Source of the DNA: Octopus vulgaris
Lineage: Eukaryota
Reading direction: 5' to 3'
DNA: 64,000 bases
NCBI GenBank assembly: GCA_951406725.2
Contig: OX597814.1
Location: 102,672,001-102,736,000, forward strand
The notes beneath the pieces are model-generated. The model searched no databases, was not told the DNA's origin, and saw only the letters and a program-made list of their open reading frames with translations. A program made the position numbers and the translations under genes. Shown here piece after piece: positions 53,301 to 64,000 of this stretch (position 1 is the first letter of the stretch; every line of letters begins with the position of its first letter).

Positions 53301-56300
53301 GACAGTTGAATGTGCAAAGGTCGAGGACAAGAAAGTACAGACCAGTAGAGGCTACATCCCAGTAAGTTGATTCTTAAAACCTGGAACAAAAGCATTTCCT
53401 GAAGGAGTCACGTCAGTTAGGAAGTAATTGGTAGCAAGTGGGAATTTTCTTGGGAATTAAAACTATTGACCTGCAAATTATCAAGCATAACAATCCTTTG
53501 AACATTGTCAAAATAGATCTACCAAATGCTGTACAAATGGTTCAGAAGTTGTAATCTAGAAAAACGGCCACACAAATCACGAAAAGAGGCTTTTAAACAA
53601 ACCGAATGTTTCAATGCACTTAAATATCTATCACTAGACAAAGAAGGGAGATGTGTGTAAATGTTGTTGCTCTTTAGTCACAAACCTTACTTCACTAATC
53701 CGTGACCAATGATTAAATTCCTTCACCCAGAATCATCCTGTCTTTTCCTAAATGTAAACAATCACAGGTTCAATGGTCAAACATTCAAGAGGAATACTGC
53801 ACTGAGCTCAAACTCAGAATGGGATAAAGGCTCTCTGATGTGGTGGTTGCTAGTTATCTAGTCCACCAGGGAGCCTATTTTGACTTCAAAAACAAAGAAG
53901 ACATAACTTCAGTGGACCTCCTTATAAATGTAAAGTCCAAAGAAAAATTAAAGACATTATTCCCACCACAAATACTATGTAGGTTGTGTGAAGTGAATAC
54001 ATGAAATTCCATCCCTGGAGTCATGTTCAAAAAGTAAATCAGAGCAAGATCAGACTCCAAACATTGAAGAAAAGGAAGTCCAAACTGTGGCAGAGTAAGT
54101 TGAGACTTCAAAGATTGAAGAGAAGAAAGTCCAAATGGTGACAGCAACGTGTGTGTGTGTGTGTGTGTATGTGGAGAATGTCCTGACGACATCACAGACA
54201 GCTGAATGTGCAAAGGTCGAGGACAGGAAAGCACAGACTGATTGACAGCCAGTAGAGGCTACATCCCAGTAAGTTGATTCTTAAAACCTGGAAGAGTCAC
54301 GTAAGTTAGGAAGTAATTGGTAGCAAGTTGGAATTTTCTTGAGAATTAAAACTATTGACCTGCAAATTATCAAGCATAACAATCCTTTGAACATTGTCAA
54401 ATAGATCTACCAAATGCTGTTCAAATGGCATCAAAGTTGTAATCTAGAAAAACGGCCACACAAATCACGAAAATAGACTTTTAAAGAAACTGAGTGTTTA
54501 ACTGCCCTTGAATGTCTATCATGACTCAAAGAATGGAGATGTGTGTAAATATTGTTGCTCTTTAGTCACAGGCCTTACTTCACTATACAGTGACCCATGA
54601 TTAAATTCCTTTAACCATAAACATCTTGTCTTTTCCAAAATGTAAACAATCCACAACCACATTGCCCAACATATTCTTTAAGGTGGTAAGTTATGAATTG
54701 AAGAGGATTTAGTAATTAAATCTTGAAGATCTCTACCATATATTGACTCCTTTAAAATTTTGTCTCCCTCATTTGAGATTAACCGTTGAACAAAAGAACT
54801 TTGAAAGGTTCAAAAAAGAATAAAAATAATGTTTTACAACATTACCCGCCAGTAGACTGAAAGTCGATAGTATAACAAACAAGTATAAAACAAATGTCCC
54901 AGAAAAACGTGTTTACAAGAACTAAATGTTCATACAAGGGCAAGAAAAAAGCTAATCAAATTAGGTAGGAACAAACATGGCAAACACTTACTATGACACT
55001 TGCAATGAGAAGCCATCTCATCATATAACATGCTTCATGTTACAGCAATCCAACCAATCAGGGAATAAAATATGCTAACGATGTCTTTAGCTAATCTGCT
55101 GAAGGAAAAGTTTATTCTATAACTCTTGGGGATCTATATTTGACGATGTGTCTTTTCTTATTCTTGATAAGTTTTGAAAATGAATCAGGCATAAGTTATA
55201 AATTTGCAAAATCTAGTTATTGTCCTTCATTTCTAAAACATAAATCATACAGAGTTCATTAAAATATCAGTTTGTAAAACTTTATACTGTGTACCAATAG
55301 TGGTACATGATGCAGGTTGGGACAGTTACACATGTACCACATAGGGCGCACGATGTGGTTACAGTGTTAAGAGAACTTATGATCAAGTGATGCTTCAATT
55401 GGACCTATGCACAGTAACCGAGTGGCCACAACAGTGTTCTTGTGGTTCACAATATCCACAACTGGACTGAAATCCGGAACAGCATCAAACCACTGCATCA
55501 CAGCCTTACCACTGAACTACATAAGGTGGAAGTGTGTAACCAGTGTTTTTTGCCGTTTCTCAGGAACACTTTAGAATAATGCACCAGTTAATAGCTAGGG
55601 ATGCAGGCATAAATTTTGTGTCTCAGAGTCATCTCAGAATAATAGCTAGGAATGCAGACACATATTCTGTGAACAAAGGCTACAATTGTTTACAACTTGC
55701 TGTGAAGAAGGGGCTCCATTCTTAGGTTCAATAGTGAAACATTCTAGAGGAATACTCTCACGAGTTCAGACTCAGAAAGCGATAAAGGCTCTCTGATGTG
55801 GTGGTTGCTAGTTATCTAGTCCACTGGAAAGCCATTTATGACTTTAAAAACAAAGGAGACATTACTCCATTGGACCTCCTTAAAAATGCGAAGTCCAAAG
55901 AAAATCTTAAAGACATTATTCCCACCACAAATACTATGTAGGTTGGGCTGAAGTTAATACATGAAATTCCATCCCTGGGGTCAGGTTCAAAAAGTAAATC
56001 ATAGCAAGTTCAGACTCCAAACATTGAAGAAAAGGAAGTCCAAACAATGGCAGACTAAGTTGAGACTTCAAAGATTGAAGAGAAGAAAGTCCAAATGGGG
56101 ACAGCAATGTGTGTGTGTGTGGAAAAGGTCCTGACGACATCACAGACACTTGAATGTGCAAAGGTCGAGGACAAGAAAGTACAGACCAGTATAGGCTACA
56201 TCCCAGTAAGTTGATTCTTAAGACCTGGAACAAAAGCATCTACTGACACAGACACTTGAATGTGGAAAGGTCGAGGACAAGAAAGTACAAACAGATTAAC

Positions 56301-59300
56301 AACCAATAGAGGCTACATCCCAGTAAGTTGATTCTTAAGACCTGGAACAAAAGCATCTCCTGAAGGAGTCACGTCAGTTAGGAAGTAATTGGTAGCAAGT
56401 TGGAATTTTCTTGGGAATTAAAACAATTCACCGGCAAATTATCAAGCATAACTATCCTTTGAACATAGTCAAATAGATCTACCAAATGCTGTTCAAATTG
56501 TATAAAAGTTGTAATGTAGAAAAACGGCCACACAAATCACGAAAAGAGGCTTTTAAAGAAACCGAATGTTTCAATGCACTCAAATATCTATCACTAGACA
56601 AAGAAGGGAGATGTGTGTAAATGTTGTTGCTCTTTAGTCACAAACCTTACTTCACTAAACCGTGACCAATGATTATATTCCTTCACCCAGAATCATCCTG
56701 TCTTTTCCTAAATGTAAACAATCACAGGTTCAATAGTCAAACATTCTAGAGGAATACTGCACTGAGCTCAAACTCAGAATGGGATAAAGGCTCTCTGATG
56801 TGGTGGTTGCTAGTTATCTAGTCCACCAGAGAGCCTATTTTGACTTCAAAAACAAAGAAAACATAACTTCAGTGGACCTCCTTATAAATGTAAAGTCCAA
56901 AGAAAAATTAAAGACATTATTCCCACCACAAATACTATGTAGGTTGTGTGAAGTGAATACATGAAATTCCATCCCTGGAGTCATGTTCATAAAGAAAATC
57001 ATAGCAAGATCAGACTCCAAACATTGAAGAAAAGGAAGTCCAAACTGTGGCAGAGTAAGTTGAGACTTCAAAGATTGAAGAGAAGAAAGTCCAAATGGTG
57101 ACAGCAACGTGTGTGTGTGTGTGTATGTGGAGAATGTCCTGACGACATCACAGACAGCTGAATGTGCAAAGGTCGAGGACAGGAAAGCACAGACTGATTG
57201 ACAGCTAGTAGAGGCTACATCCCAGTAAGTTGATTCTTAAAACCTGGAAGAAAAGGATATCCGGAAGGAGTCACGTCAGTTAGGAAGTAATTGGTAGCAA
57301 CTTGGAATTTTCTTGAGAATTAAAACTATTGCCCTGCAAATTATCAAGCATAACAATCCTTTGAACATTGTCAAATAGATCTACCAAATGCTGTTCAAAT
57401 GGCATCAAAGTTGTAATCTAGAAAAACGGCCACACAAATTACGAAAAGAGGCTTTTAAACAAACCGAATGTTTCAATGCACTTAAATATCTATCACTAGA
57501 CAAAGAAGGGAGATGTGTGTAAATGTTGTTGCTCTTTAGTCACAGGCCTTACTTCACTAAACCGTGACCAACGATTAAATTCCTTCACCCAGAATCATCC
57601 TGTCTTTTCCTAAATGTAAACAATCACAGGTTCAATAGTCAAACATTCAAGAGGAATACTGCACTGAGCTCAAACTCAGAATGGGATAAAGGCTCTCTGA
57701 TGTGGTGGTTGCTAGTTATCTAGTCCACCAGAGAGCCTATTTTGACTTCAAAAACAAAGAAGACATAACTTCAGTGGACCTCCTTATAAATGTAAAGTCC
57801 AAAGAAAAATTAAAGACATTATTCCCACCACAAATACTTCAATTGGACCTATGTACAGTAACCGAGTGGCCACAACAGTGTCCTTATGGTTCACAATATC
57901 CACAACTGGATGACTCCCGGAACAGCATCAAGGTCACTGTATCACAGCCTTGTCACTGAACTGCATAATGTGGAGGTGTGTAACCAGTGTTTTTTGCTGT
58001 GTATCAGGGACACTTCAGACACAAATCCTGTGAACAAAGGCAACAATTGTTTGCACCTTGCTGTGAAGAAGGGGTTCCATTCTTAGGTTCAATAGTCAAA
58101 CATTCTAGAGGAATACTGTCACGAGTTCAAACTCAGAAAGGGATAAAGGCTATCTGATGTGGTGGTTATTAGTTATCTAGTCCACTAGAAAGCCAATTAT
58201 GACTTTAAAAACGAAGGAGACATAACTCCATTGGACCTCCTCAAAAATGCAAAGTCCAAAGAAAAACTTAAAGACATTATTCCCACCACAAATACTATGT
58301 AGGTTGCCTGAAGTTAATACATGAAATTCCATCCCTGGGGTCATGTTCAAAAAATAAATCATAGCAAGTTCAGACTCCAAACATTGAAGAAAAGGAAATC
58401 CAAACTGTGGCAGAGTAAGTTGAGACTTCAAAGATTGAAGAGAAGAAAGTCCAAATGGTGACAGCAACGTGTGTGTGTATGTGGAGAATGTCCTGACGAC
58501 ATCACAGACAGCTGAATGTGCAAAGGTCGAGGACAGGAAAGCACAGACTGATTGACAGCCAGTAGAGGCTACATCCCAGTAAGTTGATTCTTAAAACCTG
58601 GAAGAAAAGGATATCCGGAAGGAGTCACATCAGTTAGGAAGTAATTGGTAGCAACTTGGAATTTTCTTGAGAATTAAAACTATTGCCCTGCAAATTATCA
58701 AGCATAACAATCCTTTGAACATTGTCAAATAGATCTACTAAATGCTGTTCAAATGGCATCAAAGTTGTAATCTAGAAAAACGTCCGCACAAATCACAAAA
58801 AGAGGCTTTTAAAGAAACTGAGTGTTTAACTGCCCTTGAATGTCTATCATGACTCAAAGAATGGAGATGTGTGTAAATATTGTTGCTCTTTAGTCACAGG
58901 CCTTACTTCACTAAACACTAACCCATGATTAAATTCCTTTAACCATAAACATACCGTCTTTTCCAAAATGTAAACAATCCACAACCACATTGCCCAACAC
59001 ATTCTTTAAGGTGGTAAGGTATGAATTGAAGAGGATTTAGCAATTAAATCTTGCAGATCTCTACTGTATATTGACTCCTTTAAAAGTTTGGCTCCCTTAT
59101 TTGAGATTAACCTTTGAACAAAAGAACTTTGAAAGGTTCAAAAAAGAATAAAAATAATGTTTTACAACATTACACGCCAGCAGACTGAATGTCGATAGTA
59201 TAACAAACGAGTCTAAAACAAATGTCCCAGAAAAACATGTTTACAAGAACTAAATGTTCATACAAGGGCAAGGAAAAAGCTAATCAAATTAGGTAGGAAC

Positions 59301-62300
59301 AAACATGGCAAACACTTACTGTGACATTTGCAATGAGAAGCCATCTCATCGTATAAAATGCTTCAAGTGACAGCAATCCAACTAATCAGGGAATAAAATA
59401 TGCTAACGATGTCTGTTGTTAATTTGCTGAAGGAAAAGTTTATTCTATAACTCTTTGGGATCTATATCTTTTGATGTGTCCTTTCTCATTATTGATAAGT
59501 TTTGAAAATGAATCAGGAATATGTTATAAATTTGCAAAATCTAGTTATTGTCCCTCATTTCTAAAACATAAATCATACAGAGTTCATTAAAATATCAGTT
59601 TGTAAAAATTTATACTGTGTACCAATAGTGGTACATGATGCAGGTTGGGACAGTTACACATGTGCCATATATGGCGCACGATGTGGTTAAAGTGTTAAGA
59701 GAACATATGATCAAGCGATGCTTCAATTGGACCTATGTACAGTAACCGAGTGGCCACAACAGTGTCCTTATGGTTCACAATATCCACAACTGGACTGACT
59801 CCCGGAACAGCATCAAGGTTACTGTATCACAGCCTTGTCACTGAACTGCATAATGTGGAAGTGTGTAACCAGTGTTTTTTACTGTGTCTCAGGGACACTT
59901 TCGAATAGTGCACCAGTTAATAGCTAGGGATGCAGGCATAAATTCTGTGTCTCAGGGTCAACTCAGAATAATAGCTAGGGATGAAGAAACAAATTCTTTG
60001 AACAAAGGCTACAATTGTTTGCACCTTGCTGTGAAGAAGGGGTTCCATTCTTAGGTTTAATAGTCAAATATTCTAGGGGAATACTGTAACGAGTTCAAAT
60101 TCAGAAAGGGATAAAGGCTCTCTGATGTGGTGGTTGCTAGTTATCTAGTCCACTGGAAAGCCATTTATAACTTTAAAAACAAAGGAGACATTACTCTATT
60201 GGACCTTCTTAAAAATGCAAAGTCCAAAGAAAAATTAAAGACATTATTCCCACCACAAATACTATGTAGGTTGTCTGAAGTTAATACATGAAATTCCATC
60301 CCTGGAGTCATGTTCAAAAAGTAAATCATAGCAAGTTCAGACTCCAAACATTGAAGAAAAGTAAGTCCAAATAGTGGCAGACTAAGTTGAGACTTCAAAG
60401 ATTGAAGAGAAGAAAGTCCAAATGGTGACAGAAACTTGTGTGTGTGTGTGTGGAGAAGGTCCTGACGACATCACAGACAGTTGAATGTGCAAAGGTTGAG
60501 GACAAGAAAGTACAAACAGATTAACAACCAGTAGAGACTACATCCCAGTAAGTTGATTCTTAAAACCTGGAAGAAAAGTATCTCCTGAAGGAGTCACGTC
60601 AGTTAGGAAGTAATTGGTAGCAAGTAGGAATTTTCTTGGAAATTATAACTATTGACCTGCAAATTATCAAGCATAACTATCCTTTGAACATTGTCAAATA
60701 GATCTACCAAATGCTGTTCAAATGGATTAGAATTTGTAATCTAGAAAAACAGCCACACAAATCACGAAAAGCGGCTTTTAAAGAAACCGAGTGTTTCAAT
60801 GCACTTAAATATCTATCACTAGACAAAGAAGGGAGATGTGTGTAAATGTTGTTGCTCTTTAGTCCAAGGCCTAACTTCACTACACCGTGACCTATGATTA
60901 AATTCCTTCAACCAGAATCATCCTGTCTTTTCCTAAATGCAAACATTCCGCAACCACATTGCCGAATATATTCTTTAAGGTGGTAAGTTATGAATTGAAG
61001 AGGATTTAGCAATTAAATCTTGCAGATCTCTACCGTATATTGACTCCTTTAATAGTTTGGCTCCCTTATTTGAGATTAACCTTTGAATAAAAGAACTTTG
61101 AAAGGTTCAAAAAAGAAAAAAAATAATGTTTTACAACATTACCCGCCAGCAGATTGAAAGTCAATAGTATAATTAACGAGTATAAAACAAATGTCCCAGA
61201 AAAACGTGTTTACAAGAACTAAATGTTCATACAAGGGCAAGAAAAAAGCTAATCAAATTAGGTAGGAACAAACATGGCAAACACTTACTATGACACCTGC
61301 AATGAGAAGCCATCTCATCATATAACATGCTTCGTGTTACAGCAATCCAACCAATCAGGGAATAAAATATGCTAACGATGTCTGCTGCTAATTTGCTGAA
61401 GGAAAAGTTTATTCTATAACTTTTGGGGATCTATATTTGTTGATGTGTCTTTTCTTATTATTGATAAGTTTTGAAAATGAATCAGGAATATGTTATAAAT
61501 TTGCAAAATCTAGTTATTGTCCTTTATTTCTAAAACATAAATCATATAGAGTTCATTAAAATATCAGTTTGTAAAAACATATACTGTGTACCAATAGTGG
61601 TACATGGTGCAGGTTGGGACAGTTACCCATGTACTATATATGGCGCACGATGTGGTTTAAGTGTTAAGAGAACATATGATCAAGTGATGCTTCAATTGGA
61701 CCTATGTACAGTAACCGAGTGGCCACAACAGTGTCCTTATGGTTCACAATATCCACAACTGGATGACTCCCGGAACAGCATCAAGGTCACTGTATCACAG
61801 CCTTGTCACTGAACTGCATAATGTGGAGGTGTGTAACCAGTGTTTTTTGCTGTGTATCAGGGACACTTCAGACACAAATCCTGTGAACAAAGGCAACAAT
61901 TGTTTGCACCTTGCTGTGAAGAAGGGGTTCCATTCTTAGGTTCAATAGTCAAACATTCTAGAGGAATACTGTCACGAGTTCAAACTCAGAAAGGGATAAA
62001 GGCTATCTGATGTGGTGGTTATTAGTTATCTAGTCCACTAGAAAGCCAATTATGACTTTAAAAACGAAGGAGACATAACTCCATTGGACCTCCTCAAAAA
62101 TGCAAAGTCCAAAGAAAAACTTAAAGACATTATTCCCACCACAAATACTATGTAGGTTGCCTGAAGTTAATACATGAAATTCCATCCCTGGGGTCATGTT
62201 CAAAAAATAAATCATAGCAAGTTCAGACTCCAAACATTGAAGAAAAGGAAATCCAAACTGTGGCAGAGTAAGTTGAGACTTCAAAGATTGAAGCGAAGAA

Positions 62301-62835
62301 AGTCCAAATGGTGACAGAAACTTGTGTGTGTGTGAGTTTGTGGAGAAGGTCCTGACGACATTACAGACAGTTGAATGTGCAAAGGTCGAGGATAAGAAAG
62401 TACAGACCGATTGACAGCCAGTAGAGGCTACATCCCAGTAAGTTGATTCTTAAAACCTGGAAGAAAAGGATCTCCGGAAGGAGTCACGTCAGTTAGGAAG
62501 TAAATGGTAGCAAGTCGGAATTTTCTTGGGAATTAAAACCATTCACAGGCAAATTATCAAGTATAACAATCCTTTGAACATTATGAACATAGTTCAGGAA
62601 TGACGTGCAATGGTTCAGAAGTTGTAATCTAGATAAACGGCCACACAAATCACGAAAAGAGGCTGTTAAAGAAAGTAAGTGTTTAACTGCCCTTGAGTAT
62701 CTATCATTAGTCAAAGAAGGGAGATGTGTGTAAATGCTGTTGCTCTTTAATCCCAGGCCTAACTTCACTAAACAGTGACCCATGATTAAATTCCTTCAAC
62801 CAAAATCACCCTGTCTTTTCCTAAATGTAAACAAC

Positions 62836-64000
62836 CCATCGAGAAACTGGTCTACAAGTTGCAAACGTGCGCCACATCAGGCAGGAGTATCCATAACAAC
62901 CTCCATCTGATACGCTACATCATAGACAGGGTAGTTAAGGGACCTGGCACAGGCGGCGAGCTGATCAATTTGGATCAATCCAAAGCTTTCAATAGGCTAG
63001 ACCATCGATACTTGGAGACTGTCTTCATAGCAGCTGGTCTCAGTACTGTTTTTCGTGGTTAGATTGCTACCTTATACAACGCCATCCGTTCAGTAGTTTG
63101 TGTGAATGGGCATCTCTCTAGACCATTTGACATTGCCTGTTTGGTCCATTAGGGATGCCCCCTCTTGTCACTTCTGTACGCATTGACTCTTCTGTCGAAG
63201 CTGGCAATGTTAAGGGGCATCCCTCGAGAATTGGATGACATGCTAATGTCCAGCAACGGCCATATCGATCTGGTCGGCAAGACACTAAAAAAACACATAG
63301 CAGAAATGGGAGCAAAAGTTAACTGGGAAAAGTCAGTGGGCTTGCAGCTTAGAACCTGGAGAAGCAAGCCCATGCCGTCCAACTTCATCTCAGTCATGAG
63401 ACTCTGGACTGCTGGACCTGTTAAATTACTCGGGGTCTGGACCTCCAAATGGAGAAGTGGGACGAGGTAACGAGTAGGGTGGCTACTCTCACCCAGCAAT
63501 TAGCCGAAAGGAAGCTATCCTTAGAAGACTTAATTGGAATTTCAGAGGAAAAGAATGGAAAAGAGTATGAATATGTATGTGTTTTGTTAAGTCACTATTT
63601 TGATAGTGTAGAGGAGGTATGACGATGATCTTGGAGAGAACCTGGGTGTCGACAAATACCTAACCTGCCTGTTCAGGACATTTGGGCCAGGGCCTATGGA
63701 CAACTTCCAGAGATCCCTGGCCTGGCAGTGCTAACGAGAAGCACCACCTGTTTGAGATAAGCTCTACAGGCATGGCTCTAGAAGCACCGAGTCAACCTGC
63801 CCGAGATACAGTCAGAGCGACGAATCCGTTCTGCATGCACTCGCGCAATGTCAAACCATTTCCAACCTGTGGGCTTTTGTCGAACAACTGTTATGTCGCG
63901 TATGGGACAAGTTGGTTTATCAGCCTAGTCTATCGTTGATATTGCCCTGCCTCCTTACTTCAAACGGGAAGGAAGAGCTGTTTTCAGTGTACTAGTGGCT
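62836..64000 (+). mobile_element. L1/Tx1-clade LINE RT-region remnant terminating the array
   Basis: QTCATSGRSIHNNLHLIRYIID..INLDQSKAFNRLDHRYL; GCPLLSLLY; GAKVNWEKS; VKLLGVW. Confidence 0.85.

Larger units (their letters stand above)
36233..62835 (+). repeat. ~1.96-kb-unit tandem macrosatellite, 14 full or partial units
   Basis: Anchor AAATTCCATCCCTGG recurs near 36250, 38870, 40810, 42770, 47570, 49845, 51265, 53155, 54005, 55965, 56965, 58325, 60290, 62180; full-unit spacings are ~1890-1966 bp. Confidence 0.97.

Overview
AT-rich eukaryotic DNA, most likely an octopus or other coleoid cephalopod (inferred from the [21 protein letters not shown] zinc-finger consensus and the RTE/Dong/SINE repeat content). 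The first ~5.5 kb holds the only plausibly functional gene: a 12-finger C2H2 zinc-finger ORF (4116-5228) with a candidate NRF1/ETS promoter and a TE-filled first intron. 6-36 kb is a nested graveyard of CR1, RTE, R4/Dong and L1/Tx1 LINEs, Gypsy, Tc1/mariner and piggyBac remnants, SINEs and a TGT..ACA MITE. The main feature is a ~26.6 kb tandem array (36.2-62.8 kb, basic period ~1.96 kb, 14 full or partial units). Each full unit joins a piggyBac right end (Cys-rich-domain remnant, two subterminal palindromes, terminus + TTAA) to an intronless, already dead ankyrin-RING-death-domain gene fragment. One unit carries a near-intact 2831-bp hAT (Charlie/Buster-type) transposon with perfect TIRs and TSD. 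All family assignments come from motif recognition by eye; no searches were run and most boundaries are approximate.
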